This document shows, piece after piece, positions 41,492 through 51,582 of a DNA stretch of 64,000 nucleotides (position 1 is the stretch's first letter; each line of letters begins with the position of its first letter). A program made the position numbers and the translations under genes. Source of the DNA: Cyanobacteria bacterium P01_A01_bin.123 (GTDB lineage Bacteria > Cyanobacteriota > Cyanobacteriia > Phormidesmidales > Phormidesmidaceae); assembly GCA_039815185.1 (NCBI GenBank), contig JBCBZT010000014.1, positions 1 to 64,000 on the forward strand. The letters are read 5' to 3'. The notes under the pieces are model-generated. The model searched no databases. It was not told the DNA's origin and saw only the letters and a list, made by a program, of their open reading frames with translations.

Positions 41492-41929
41492 TTAACCGTT
41501 CAAAAATAATTTGAGTGCCAACACCACCGTCGTCAATAAACCAATAGCCATCAACGCTAAAGAAATTGACAAACTCAGCGATCGCCCCGGCACATACACG
41601 TAATCTTCACGGCGAATCAGCCGCAGCTCGCGACGGTGTTCGAGCATGGCGGCAAACATGGCATAGGTGCCGAGGGCAACAAAACACAACCCTACAATTC
41701 GCGACAGGCCAAAGCGACCAGACGACTCTATTCCCTGGGATTGGTTGACCGCTGCTACGATTTGATCAATGCCAAATCCAAAGCTAATTAAGGCCAGGCA
41801 GGTTCGCATCCAGGCCATTAGGGTGCGTTCGGCAGCGGCCCGGTTGCGGGCTTTGGCGAGTTCGTTATTTAAGTTCGGGCGCACGGTGTAAACCGACTGG
41901 GGGGGTAATTCGGGCGATCGCTTGTTCAT
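41492..41929 (-). CDS. YidH/DUF202 family membrane protein
   Basis: ELAKARNRAAAERTLMAWMRTCLALISFGF. Confidence 0.88.
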   Translation of the reverse strand: MNKRSPELPPQSVYTVRPNLNNELAKARNRAAAERTLMAWMRTCLALISFGFGIDQIVAAVNQSQGIESSGRFGLSRIVGLCFVALGTYAMFAAMLEHRRELRLIRREDYVYVPGRSLSLSISLALMAIGLLTTVVLALKLFLNG

Positions 41930-42004
41930 ATTGATTCATTCCCGAGCATCCGCTAAAGATACCTAATTTTGCAGTGAATTGCTGGGTGCCTGATCAAATC
42001 CTGC

Positions 42005-42760
42005 TCAGGTCTCTGTCATGGCTTTGGGGGCAAGTTGCCCTTGAGCCGCAATCTGCAAGATCTCACTGGGGTGGGTCAATAAAAAATCAGGACGGTAAGC
42101 TTCTAAACTTGCCCGGGAGTTAAACCCCCAAGCGACCGACGCCACCTTTAAGCTAACGGCGTGGGCTGCCTCAACGTCACGAGTTTCATCCCCGATATAG
42201 ATCACCTGGGCTTTATCTAAAGCCTGACGACGAATGGCCTGCCGTAACACTCGACTTTTGCCAAACAGCCGCGTTCCAGTGTAGACAAAGCTAAATAAAT
42301 CATCGAGGTGGTGGTGGTGCAAAAATCGATTCACATTTCTGGCCGAATTGGACGTGACAATTCCCAGGCGATGGTTTTGGGCATGAAGCGATCGCAGCGT
42401 CGCCTCCATCCCCTCAATCAACTCAAGCTGATCGATTTCCTGACTCAGTTCCTTTTGCAGTCGCCGAATCAGAAAAGGCACCTTGTAGCTGGCCATTTCA
42501 GACTGTTGAATAATCTGCCGCGTATTCAAGTTTTGCAAGGATGCCAAGGTTTCAGCATTGACCGGACTATAGCCAAACTGAGGCGCGAGTTGATTCACAA
42601 TGCGGACAATGGCAGCCAAAGTTTCAGCAATGGTGCCATCAAAGTCGAAGATGAGACAGGTCACGGTGGTTGGGTGGGAGTAGTTTAGGAGAGGAATCTT
42701 ATGGGGCAGAGAGGGCCTGGGGGCAGGGGAGACAGCAGCGTTCAGAATCTGTGCGGGCAC
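42005..42760 (-). CDS. HAD family hydrolase (phosphoglycolate phosphatase-like)
   Basis: IFDFDGTIAET, GIVTSN, YIGDETRD; true start uncertain. Confidence 0.88.
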   Translation of the reverse strand: MPAQILNAAVSPAPRPSLPHKIPLLNYSHPTTVTCLIFDFDGTIAETLAAIVRIVNQLAPQFGYSPVNAETLASLQNLNTRQIIQQSEMASYKVPFLIRRLQKELSQEIDQLELIEGMEATLRSLHAQNHRLGIVTSNSARNVNRFLHHHHLDDLFSFVYTGTRLFGKSRVLRQAIRRQALDKAQVIYIGDETRDVEAAHAVSLKVASVAWGFNSRASLEAYRPDFLLTHPSEILQIAAQGQLAPKAMTET

Positions 42761-42777
42761 AAAATCTTGAAACTAAC

Positions 42778-42854
42778 CTTGTTTATTCGCTGACTTAAAT
42801 ATTCTTGTTTATTCGCTGACTTAAATATTCTTGTTTATTCGCTGACTTAATATT
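42778..42854. repeat. 26-bp tandem repeat, 3 copies
   Basis: CTTGTTTATTCGCTGACTTAAATATT x2 plus a 25-bp third copy. Confidence 0.95.
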
Positions 42855-43029
42855 TTTAACGCGTTACGAATGAGCACAGGTCCTCTTCCCTAAACTCTTA
42901 ATGCCCTACCGCCTTGCGCCGCCACCACGCCAACAGCTTGCCTGTTCCCTGTTGTACATTAGGAGGGCACTCGCAACATTCTGGCGCGCTTTTTGCTTGG
43001 GTCGCCTACTGTCCTGTCACCCCAACCCT

Positions 43030-44871
43030 ATGGCTTCTGCATCTCATCCTTCGAACCCGTCCCCGCCGCAGAATCGAGGGACTGATTGGCAGCTTTTTTT
43101 ACGTCTGTTGCCCTACATTACACGCCAACGGAGACATCTGCTGGTGCCTTTTTTGTTGTTGTTGCCGTTGGCGATCGCCAATGCGCTACAGCCAATTTTG
43201 ATTGGACAAGCGATTTCCTTGGTTCGCCAGGAACCGACGATGTGGTTTATCGAGGGGCGATCGCTGCAAACGGGTCTCAACATTGTCATTGTGTTGTTGA
43301 TCGCTACGGTGGTGATTCGGCTGCTGCTCGATGGCTTTCAAAGTTATCTAGTGCAGCGGGTAGGCCAATACATCACCGCTGATATTCGCCAAGAACTCTT
43401 CGATCACGTCACCTCCCTAGCCGTACGTTTCTTTGACCGTACCCCCGTTGGTAAGCTGATTACTCGCCTGACCAGTGATGTGGAAGCCTTGGGAGATGTC
43501 TTTTCCACCGGGGCTATTGGCATCGTTAGCGACATTGTCTCGATGCTGGTGTTGATGATCACGATGATTTTGTTGCAGTGGCAATTGGCGCTGATGTTGA
43601 TTGCCATGTTGCTACCGATTACCTGGCTGATCATTTACTTCCAACAGCAGTTCCGCAAAGCCAATTACAAAGCCCGCGAAAAACTCTCAGAACTCAACGC
43701 TAATTTGCAAGAAAACATTTCCGGCATCGACGTAGTGCAGTTGTTTCGCCGAGAGCAGTTTAATAACGACCTGTTTCGTAAGATCAATCGCAAGTACATC
43801 CGCGCCGTCGATAAAACGATTTTTTACGATTCTGCAGTGTCGGCCACGCTGGAGTGGATTTCTTTGGTGGCTATTGGTGGCGTACTGGTGCTGGGAGGGC
43901 TGTTGGTCCTGCAAGAATCTCTACCCTTTGGCACCCTGGCTTCATTTGTGCTGTTCTCCCAGCGTTTGTTTGATCCGCTGCGGCAGTTTGCCGATAAGTT
44001 TACGGCGATTCAGGCCGGGTTTACGGCGATCGAGCGCATTCAAGACCTGTTTGGCGAGCCGATCGAAATTCGCGATCCAGAGAAACATACCGCGTCGAAC
44101 GCATTGGCGGCGACCGCTGCGATCGCCGCTAATAATCAAGCCGCTGGAGAAATCCGCTTTGAGCATGTGTGGTTTGGCTACAAACCCAACGAATATATCC
44201 TCCAGGATCTTGACTTTACGATTCATCCTGGCGAAAAGGTTGCCTTGGTAGGGCCAACGGGGGCAGGTAAAAGCTCCATCATTCGCCTGTTGTGTCGCCT
44301 TTACGAAGTGAATCAAGGGGGCATCAAAGTCGACGGCAGCGACATCCGCGATTTACCCCAAAAAGTCCTACGCCAGTACATGGGGGTGATTTTGCAGGAG
44401 GGCTTTTTGTTTGCCGGAGATATCAAAGACAATATTACGCTTGGGGAACCCTACCCACTTGAGCGAGTAAAAGCCGCTGCGGAACGAACCAATATCGCCC
44501 CCTTCATCGAACAGTTACCCCAGGGCTATGACACAATGCTGCGAGAACGGGGAACCAACCTCTCTGGTGGCCAAAAGCAGCTTTTAGCCTTTGCCCGCGC
44601 CGCCATCCGTGACCCCAAAATTTTGGTACTTGACGAGGCCACCGCCAATTTAGATGTATCAACTGAAGCGTTGATTCAAGAAGCCCTCGATCGGTTGTTA
44701 GTCGGGCGTACGGCCATTATCATTGCTCACCGCCTTTCCACGATTCGCAATGTGGATCGGATTTTGGTGTTGCGCCAGGGGCGCTTGGTAGAGCAAGGTA
44801 GCCACGATCAACTGTTGGCGCAAGGGGGACTCTATGCCAGCCTTTATCGTTTGCAAATGCTAGAAGTTTAG
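43030..44871 (+). CDS. ABC transporter, fused permease/ATP-binding exporter
   Basis: ABC membrane domain, GPTGAGKS, LSGGQKQ, LDEATA, IAHRLST; ATG 43030 preferred. Confidence 0.93.
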   Translation: MASASHPSNPSPPQNRGTDWQLFLRLLPYITRQRRHLLVPFLLLLPLAIANALQPILIGQAISLVRQEPTMWFIEGRSLQTGLNIVIVLLIATVVIRLLLDGFQSYLVQRVGQYITADIRQELFDHVTSLAVRFFDRTPVGKLITRLTSDVEALGDVFSTGAIGIVSDIVSMLVLMITMILLQWQLALMLIAMLLPITWLIIYFQQQFRKANYKAREKLSELNANLQENISGIDVVQLFRREQFNNDLFRKINRKYIRAVDKTIFYDSAVSATLEWISLVAIGGVLVLGGLLVLQESLPFGTLASFVLFSQRLFDPLRQFADKFTAIQAGFTAIERIQDLFGEPIEIRDPEKHTASNALAATAAIAANNQAAGEIRFEHVWFGYKPNEYILQDLDFTIHPGEKVALVGPTGAGKSSIIRLLCRLYEVNQGGIKVDGSDIRDLPQKVLRQYMGVILQEGFLFAGDIKDNITLGEPYPLERVKAAAERTNIAPFIEQLPQGYDTMLRERGTNLSGGQKQLLAFARAAIRDPKILVLDEATANLDVSTEALIQEALDRLLVGRTAIIIAHRLSTIRNVDRILVLRQGRLVEQGSHDQLLAQGGLYASLYRLQMLEV

Positions 44872-45002
44872 AGAATGAAACGAATCGGCCTAGGGGGCAG
44901 AACCCTTCCTCAACGCCTGTGACAAGACGTTACAGCGTCGTCGTTGAATAGTTCAACGAGACATACTAGAGGCGCTTGGCGATCGCGTTGAGATATTACC
45001 CC

Positions 45003-46247
45003 ATGATTCCCCCCATCCGTTGGCCGATGATTCGCATTAGCATTGGCGTGCTCAGTTTGATTGGCGTGGCGACCAGTGTCGCTAGGGCAGAAAATCCCGA
45101 TCAAGTCAGGCAGCTTTTGCAAACCAACGCCTGTGAAAATTGCGATCTCAGCGACGCAGTGCTCGATGGGCTTGACCTTGCCGAAGCGAATTTGCAAGAG
45201 GCAAACTTGCAGGGAGCGAGCCTATTAGGGACTCGGCTTAACCGGGCGAACCTGCGTGGGGCTAGTTTGCAAAATGCTAGTCTGGCGGGCACGAACCTGC
45301 TGGGGGCCAATCTGCAAAACGCTGATTTGTCCGATGTCCAGGTGTTTAATCACTGTGAGTCAAACGATGTCTTCGACGGGACGGGGGATGACTCCGAAGA
45401 CATCAGCCAATGTTACGCCTTTGGATTGCTGCAACAGTTTAGCAGTGAACTTTGTGATGAAGCCTATGGTCTTCAAGATCTATTAGAAAACGATGAACCA
45501 TCTGGCTTTTGTGATTCAGATCAAGCCTCGCTTCAGTATGCGGTTGCGCTCGGTTATGGCTCATTTTCATCTGCGGGTATCTTAAGTTGGATATATCCTG
45601 GCTTGGGCAACAGGATAGTCTTGATCGGAGCTAATTTAAGGGGGGCTAATCTCAGTAACGTTAATCTCTCGGGGGCCGATCTGCGCTATGCCCAGTTTGA
45701 GGACGCTGTTTTGCAAGCTACCCAACTGGACTACGCCCTACTGTTAGATGCCACTGGGCTACCCGCAGACTTAGCCAATTTAGATCGGGCTTTGTTGACT
45801 AAGGCTGATATTGGTGAAGTCATCGGTTCGTTTTTTGGCCCAGCCGCTTCCTCTTTTTTCGCAACGTATACCGTTTCGCCTGATGGGGCAGCCTTGGTCG
45901 GGTCGATGAACCGAGCCCAGCAGGCCTATCATTTGGAGACCAATATCTTTGCCAGTCAACTCGACGATTTGGGCGTTGGTATCGACGCTGAAACGGATGG
46001 CTATCAAATTGAGGTTGCCTATGTGGGGGGTGATTATGTGGTCAATACTGCGATCGCGCAAGAAGCAGACCTCGAGAGCTATTTGGGCATTGTCTATATC
46101 ACCCAGGATGTTGACTATGGTGACACCATCACTAGCAGCATTTTGTGTAAAACCTCAGAGCCCTTGACAGAACTGCCCTTCATTCCCCCTCGCCCTGCGA
46201 CAACAGAGACTCAAATGCTATGCCCTGCGGGGTTTGAACCAGGTTAG
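45003..46247 (+). CDS. pentapeptide-repeat protein with C-terminal type IV pilin-like (Pilin_GH-like) domain
   Basis: Signal peptide + AENPDQVRQLLQTNACENCDLS, pentapeptide blocks, C-terminal GSMNRAQQAYHLE...F...LG...ILCKT. Confidence 0.75.
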   Translation: MIPPIRWPMIRISIGVLSLIGVATSVARAENPDQVRQLLQTNACENCDLSDAVLDGLDLAEANLQEANLQGASLLGTRLNRANLRGASLQNASLAGTNLLGANLQNADLSDVQVFNHCESNDVFDGTGDDSEDISQCYAFGLLQQFSSELCDEAYGLQDLLENDEPSGFCDSDQASLQYAVALGYGSFSSAGILSWIYPGLGNRIVLIGANLRGANLSNVNLSGADLRYAQFEDAVLQATQLDYALLLDATGLPADLANLDRALLTKADIGEVIGSFFGPAASSFFATYTVSPDGAALVGSMNRAQQAYHLETNIFASQLDDLGVGIDAETDGYQIEVAYVGGDYVVNTAIAQEADLESYLGIVYITQDVDYGDTITSSILCKTSEPLTELPFIPPRPATTETQMLCPAGFEPG

Positions 46248-46394
46248 CTGTTGTTGGGGTGAAACCTCGCGCCGTTGGCCTGCGTCTTGCTCTGGGTAAA
46301 CAATATCCAATTATCCGTACCTTGTACGATGGAGGCTGGCTGTTCTGCAGGCTTGCAGTTGCGACCAGTCTCCGTTCCCTGTGCGTAAAAAAAC

Positions 46395-46736
46395 ATGATG
46401 AAATTACTGTTCTCCGTCTCTTCCGTTGCGTTTGGTCTAGGGCTGCTTGCCCTAGCGATGCCAGCTAAGGCAAATGCGCCGGGTATTTTTTACTCCTGGC
46501 GATCGCTCGATACCACGGTTACCCAGTGTGTTTCCCAAGCAGAAGCTGCGATGACAACGATCGAGTTACTCGACATTAGCGTTGACCCCACCAGTGTGGC
46601 GGGACGCACAGAAGACTCTACGGCGGTGTTTGTCTGCTTAGATAACGGCGTAGACACGACTGTCATGGTGATTGTGTCGGGGGATAACGAAGACGAAGCA
46701 ATCGAAGTTCGAGAAGCCCTGAAGAGTGCATTCTAA
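46395..46736 (+). CDS. secreted hypothetical protein
   Basis: Signal peptide ..MPAKA, two Cys, acidic. Confidence 0.6.
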   Translation: MMKLLFSVSSVAFGLGLLALAMPAKANAPGIFYSWRSLDTTVTQCVSQAEAAMTTIELLDISVDPTSVAGRTEDSTAVFVCLDNGVDTTVMVIVSGDNEDEAIEVREALKSAF

Positions 46737-46749
46737 ACCGGGTAGCCCC

Positions 46750-48132
46750 ATGCGGGTGGTTGCTTATGTCTACCGTGACCCGCTTCTAGAACCAGCCCCA
46801 ACGCCGAATCTTTGGGGCTGGGAAGTGGATCGGGTTTATCAAGATTTAGGCAGTGTGGTGGCCAAAGAGGGGGCACCCAGGGCGATCGAAGACAGTCTAA
46901 AATCTAATGGTCAAAGCACCCGCCCCCAGCTGGCCCAGCTTCTCCAAGATTGTGCTAGCGATCCCCCAGACTACCTGTTGATTCGTCGTCTGGACGAATT
47001 GGGGGAATCGCTGCAACAGTTGAGCCAAACCTTGGTGCAACTGGAAGAATTTGGCATCGTTATCATCGCCACGGAACAAGACTATCGATCCACACGACTC
47101 CAATCGACAGCGCCAGCAGGCCCAAACCAGGGCGACGATTTAATCCGTTTGCTAGACGAGATTCAATATCGTCAACGCAGTCGGCGGATTCGCCAGGGTC
47201 ATGCCCGCAATCGGGTCAAAACGCTACCACCGCCGGGTAAAGCTCCCTTTGGCTATCGCCGTGGGAAGGATCGCTATGTGATTGATCGGGCCACAGCGCC
47301 GCTGATTCGAGAGTTTGTTGAGCGGTTTTTGCTGTTTGGCTCTCTCAGGGGGGCAGTGCGATTTTTAGAAAAAAAATACAGCAAAAAGATCTCTGTTTCG
47401 ACGGGGCAACGCTGGCTGACTAGCCCGGTTTATCGCGGTGATTTGATCTATCAGGGGGAAGATATCATTCCCGATACCCATGCCGCCATTATTTCTCGGG
47501 AAGATGGCGCCCAAGTGGATCGGCTGCTGCGTCGCAACCGCCGCTTGCCCCCGCGCACGGCGAGTGCGTCTCGGTCTCTAGCCGGGTTAGTGACTTGTGC
47601 CACTTGCCAATCGACGATGAAGATCACCCAGGTGAGTGCGCCTCGTCGCGATAAGACCTATCTGTATCTGCGCCCGGTTGCCTGTTTGCAACAACCGAAA
47701 TGCAAGGCGATCGCGTATCAAGCCATCTTAGACAAAACTATTGAGGCGATTTGCCAAGCGTTACCCCAGGCGGTGTCGGCAATTCCCCGAGCCGCGATGG
47801 TGGGCATGAAGGACGCGATCGCGGGCCAGCTTCAAGCCAAACAAACTATTCTCGAACAACTGCCTGAATTAGTTGCCCAGGGGATTCTCGATCAGGCAAC
47901 GGCAGACTTGCGAGCCTATACGGTGCAAACTGAGATTGCAGCAATCCGCCAGCAGCAGTCGCAATTGCCCCCGACTAATCTGCTGGAGATTGCCCAAGCT
48001 GTTTCTATTCCTCAGTTCTGGCAAGACCTTTCTGAATCAGAGCGTCGCTTTTATTTCCGTGAGTTTTTGCGTCAGATCAATCTGGTTCGGGGTGATCAGG
48101 GTTGGGTGGTTGAATTACAGTTCATTTTTTGA
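46750..48132 (+). CDS. large serine recombinase-like protein (resolvase, recombinase, Zn-ribbon), degenerate catalytic motifs
   Basis: GKAPFGYR, WLTSPVYRG, HAAIIS, LAGLVTCATC, coiled coil, ERRFYFREFLRQI. Confidence 0.85.
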   Translation: MRVVAYVYRDPLLEPAPTPNLWGWEVDRVYQDLGSVVAKEGAPRAIEDSLKSNGQSTRPQLAQLLQDCASDPPDYLLIRRLDELGESLQQLSQTLVQLEEFGIVIIATEQDYRSTRLQSTAPAGPNQGDDLIRLLDEIQYRQRSRRIRQGHARNRVKTLPPPGKAPFGYRRGKDRYVIDRATAPLIREFVERFLLFGSLRGAVRFLEKKYSKKISVSTGQRWLTSPVYRGDLIYQGEDIIPDTHAAIISREDGAQVDRLLRRNRRLPPRTASASRSLAGLVTCATCQSTMKITQVSAPRRDKTYLYLRPVACLQQPKCKAIAYQAILDKTIEAICQALPQAVSAIPRAAMVGMKDAIAGQLQAKQTILEQLPELVAQGILDQATADLRAYTVQTEIAAIRQQQSQLPPTNLLEIAQAVSIPQFWQDLSESERRFYFREFLRQINLVRGDQGWVVELQFIF

Positions 48133-48157
48133 GCCACCCGATAGGATTTGCGGCAAA

Positions 48158-48415
48158 ATCGCGTTGTTAGTGGTTGAGGTAGTTAGCCCTGGGCCAGAGA
48201 ATCATCGACGAGATTATATTGACAAACGCAATCAGTATGAATGGCGAGGCATTCTTGAGTATTGGATTTTGGATCCGGTACAGATGCAGGTGACGGTGTT
48301 GTTTTTAACGGAGGCGGGGTACGAGGAAAGCCTGTTTGTTGGGGACGAAGTCGTGCAGTCTCAGTGTTTCTCTAACTGGCAATTGACAGCTGCAGAAATG
48401 TTGTCAACAGCGTGA
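48158..48415 (+). pseudogene. Uma2 family endonuclease, 5'-truncated fragment
   Basis: LLVVEVVSPGPENHRRDYIDKRNQYEWRGILEYWILDP. Confidence 0.8.
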
Positions 48416-48625
48416 TGGGGTTGGCGAATCTCAGGCTGTAGTAGCTATGAAACCTCGATCAGGTCAGAATTTCGATGATTCTCAATTGGGGGAAAGGGTA
48501 AGAATTGTAGTGTTGGTTTCTCGCTTGCAGATGCCTGCGCTAGGTTGGTTGATGTAGTATCCAGCGCGCTCAACGGATGCAGTTGATCCCCATATAATGG
48601 GACGCTTTAAAGGAGTCTAGCGGTT

Positions 48626-48826
48626 ATGACACCCGAGGAAAGGAAAGTTAAAAAAGATATTGCCAGTACATTGCTAGCAGGCATGTTGGCTAATCCTCAT
48701 ATTTATTCACTGGTTAGCGAGGATGAAGGTATCGGGCAGCAGGAGAAAATTCTGCTCTCAAAGGCGATTGCGATGGCTGAAAAATTGGTTGACCAGGTTG
48801 AGCATCCCCATGGCAGCCGACGGTGA
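48626..48826 (+). CDS. small hypothetical protein
   Basis: AAGGAG RBS upstream, 66 aa. Confidence 0.6.
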   Translation: MTPEERKVKKDIASTLLAGMLANPHIYSLVSEDEGIGQQEKILLSKAIAMAEKLVDQVEHPHGSRR

Positions 48827-48900
48827 GTTGGCTGTTTGGGTTGATAACGTTAATTGTTGAGACGGGCAGGGGCGCAGAGGAAAGAACTTAAGAAACAGGA

Positions 48901-48941
48901 AAAAAGCAGGCTAGGCGCGGATGAACCGTGCCTAGCCTGCT
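48901..48941 (-). terminator. rho-independent terminator
   Basis: GCAGGCTAGGCGCGG-atgaa-CCGTGCCTAGCCTGC hairpin with a left A-run. Confidence 0.8.
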
Positions 48942-48973
48942 CTGAAGATAATTCCAGATGATGGGTTCAGAAT

Positions 48974-49948
48974 TTAGACGTCAAATTCGCCCGCATCCAA
49001 ACGAGGCCCGCAATCCGTCTGCTCGGCATCCACGCGACACTGCTCATATCGCAACTGCCTCACAGTACCGTCGGGTAGCTGTTCAGCGTACTCCAGCGCC
49101 TTACTGAAAGATTCAAAGCTCTCTTCTACTTTGCCTTGGCGGGCATAAATCTGTCCCCGCAGGTAAATCAAATCAGGATTCTCAGGCGCAGCTTCTAAAG
49201 CTTTATTGACCGCTATCAGGGCCTGATCAACTTCCCCTAGGTCGCGATAGGCAATCGCAATCCCACGCTGGGAGACATAATCAGGGCCTGCATAGGCATC
49301 CAGATTGGCGATCGCATCATCAGGGTCAGAGAAGGGCAAGTTTACGGCCAACATCACATCCATGTAACCCTTTAACAAATTCAGCTCTGGGTCATCGGCA
49401 GCAATCCGTTCTGCCCGATCCATATGGGTAAAGACCCGCTGCAGCTTAGCTAGCGCTTGGGGTGTTCCTGAAACTGTCCCTTCCGTCAGTAAGGTATGCG
49501 CCCCTTCTAAGAAAATGCCCACGGCCATGTAAAGATTGCCGCGCAGCTCATCTTCTGCCATCAAGGCTTCAGCCACAGACTTGGTTTCGGTTGCCTTGGA
49601 CAGCATCGTATCCAGGTCACCATCTAGATACGCCAACGATGATGCCATCGCATGCACTAGTGGATCACTGGCTTCTGATTCCAGGGCTTCCTCAACGTAA
49701 CTCGTCGCTGCGTCATAATTGCCATCCCTAAACAGGGCCACAAATGCGGCTTCCGTTGCGTCACCGATTTCGTGGGCTTCACTATTAGGGCGGAACGGAT
49801 CCCCGGCAAAGGCAGCCAGGTTGCCGACACCAACCGCGATCGCGATTGTCGTTCCGGCCAACATGCGACTGATGTGCTTAACCCGCATTCCCCAAGTTGC
49901 AGGGCGACTCAATTTAGAATAGTTGCGTTTTATCTTCATAAACTCCAA
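48974..49948 (-). CDS. Sll0314/Alr1548-like TPR protein
   Basis: Signal peptide, AGDPFR, LRGNLYMAVGIFLEG, DPELNLLKGYMD, C-terminal TPRs; start uncertain. Confidence 0.75.
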   Translation of the reverse strand: MEFMKIKRNYSKLSRPATWGMRVKHISRMLAGTTIAIAVGVGNLAAFAGDPFRPNSEAHEIGDATEAAFVALFRDGNYDAATSYVEEALESEASDPLVHAMASSLAYLDGDLDTMLSKATETKSVAEALMAEDELRGNLYMAVGIFLEGAHTLLTEGTVSGTPQALAKLQRVFTHMDRAERIAADDPELNLLKGYMDVMLAVNLPFSDPDDAIANLDAYAGPDYVSQRGIAIAYRDLGEVDQALIAVNKALEAAPENPDLIYLRGQIYARQGKVEESFESFSKALEYAEQLPDGTVRQLRYEQCRVDAEQTDCGPRLDAGEFDV

Positions 49949-50160
49949 AATGCCTCGTTCTATAATTGACCTAGGTCATCGGGCCAATTCGCAGACCTAA
50001 CCTGAAAGGCCCAACTGAAGCTAGGTAACTTTCCTCAGAAAAACCAGACCGATTCAGATTTAGCGTATGCGCGATCGCGGCTTGCCAAACCTGTTTCTTA
50101 TATTCTGCCTCAGTAGGTTGCTAGACGCGCAAGACTCAAGGGAGTTCCCATTTTAACCCT

Positions 50161-50367
50161 CTAGTCTATCAGTTTTACCTGTCCTACGCGAATATATTCA
50201 AAAATTCGATTGATCTGGCGGCGATGTACGGGCTGAATCGCTGGGTTAGATAAGATAACGGAAGTGAGTTGGAGATGATCTTTGCGACTCATCTGGCGCA
50301 TCTGTAGCGTCGTTTGAATGAGTATTTCAACTGTATCGACTGACATCCCCTGATGATGACGAACCAT
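50161..50367 (-). CDS. small hypothetical protein
   Basis: 68 aa, ...QINRIFEYIRVGQVKLID. Confidence 0.55.
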   Translation of the reverse strand: MVRHHQGMSVDTVEILIQTTLQMRQMSRKDHLQLTSVILSNPAIQPVHRRQINRIFEYIRVGQVKLID

Positions 50368-50614
50368 GATGCGAATTCCCTGATGAACAAGGGTTTAGTT
50401 TAAAGGATGTTGGTAACGGATCAAGTGCCCCTATGTTAATCAGGTTGCCCAGGCTGCGATGCACTCATCCACAGAAATGTTCAAAACGCTGATAATTTCT
50501 GATGAAGACTTGATGAAATAAAACACATCTGATTTGAAAACTTGGGTATGGGCATAAGACCTACACCCCTGCCGAAAAACTATTGTTCTAGACGAGGTTT
50601 AACCCCCTAAAATC

Positions 50615-51385
50615 ATGCGCGTCTATCGTCTTAACGCCTTATCGGATAATTACGTTTTTCTACTCCACGACTCAGAGCGCCAAGAAGCGGCCGTCGTTGA
50701 TCCTGCCGAAGCAGGGCCAGTATTAACCCAGCTTGAGCAACTCGGGGCAACCTTGATTGCCATCTTCAATACCCACCACCATGGCGATCATGTCGGTGGC
50801 AATCGGGCCTTGCTCGATCGATTCCCTGAAGCTGTGGTCTATGGTGGTGCTGAAGATCGGGGGCGCATCCCCGGTCAACACCATTTTTTGCAAGAGGGAG
50901 ACACCGTTCCCTTTGCAGGGCGTACCGCCCAGGTTTTCTTTGTCCCAGGTCATACCCGGGCGCATATTGCCTACTATTTCCCGTCGACACCTAACGATGA
51001 AGGCCATCTCTTTTGTGGGGATACATTGTTTGCAGGGGGCTGTGGGCGACTATTTGAAGGCACCCCTACCCAAATGGTGGACTCATTAGAGAAGCTGCGT
51101 CAGCTGCCCGATGATACCCAGATCTGGTGTGCCCACGAATACACCCTCAACAATCTTAAATTTGCAATTACTGTAGACGCCGACAACCTCGCCTTACAGC
51201 AGCGTTTCAAACAAGTTCAACAGGCTCGCCAAAACCAACAAGCAACCGTCCCCTCCCGTCTGGGTATTGAAAAGCAAACCAACCCGTTTCTCAGGTGGGA
51301 TCAACCCGCCCTGAAAATCGCAGTCAACGGTAAAAATTCGATCCAGACCTTTGCCCGTATTCGGGGACTTAAAGATCGATTTTAG
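50615..51385 (+). CDS. gloB: hydroxyacylglutathione hydrolase (glyoxalase II)
   Basis: [42 protein letters not shown]. Confidence 0.95.
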   Translation: MRVYRLNALSDNYVFLLHDSERQEAAVVDPAEAGPVLTQLEQLGATLIAIFNTHHHGDHVGGNRALLDRFPEAVVYGGAEDRGRIPGQHHFLQEGDTVPFAGRTAQVFFVPGHTRAHIAYYFPSTPNDEGHLFCGDTLFAGGCGRLFEGTPTQMVDSLEKLRQLPDDTQIWCAHEYTLNNLKFAITVDADNLALQQRFKQVQQARQNQQATVPSRLGIEKQTNPFLRWDQPALKIAVNGKNSIQTFARIRGLKDRF

Positions 51386-51582
51386 GGTGTGGACGATGGG
51401 CGGCAGTCGTTGGGGAGCTGCCTCATGAATTCTCCTCCGACCCAAATATTTCAGATTAAACAGACACCACGCTAAAGTCTAAACTTTTACAAGTGGCCCA
51501 ACCCCAATACAGCATCCCCTCAGGAGAAAGTCATATGATGAGAGCCTAATCTTTGCTTGCTTTGCACTAAACGACGCCAGGG

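Noticed and set aside
46750..48132. Prophage or excision element anchored on the recombinase
   Set aside because: No phage genes, att-like repeats or interrupted host gene are visible, and the catalytic motifs are degenerate.
47873..48157. 5' part of the 180-aa track ORF as a full Uma2 gene
   Set aside because: It overlaps the recombinase-like CDS in another frame; only the 3' ~85 codons resemble Uma2.
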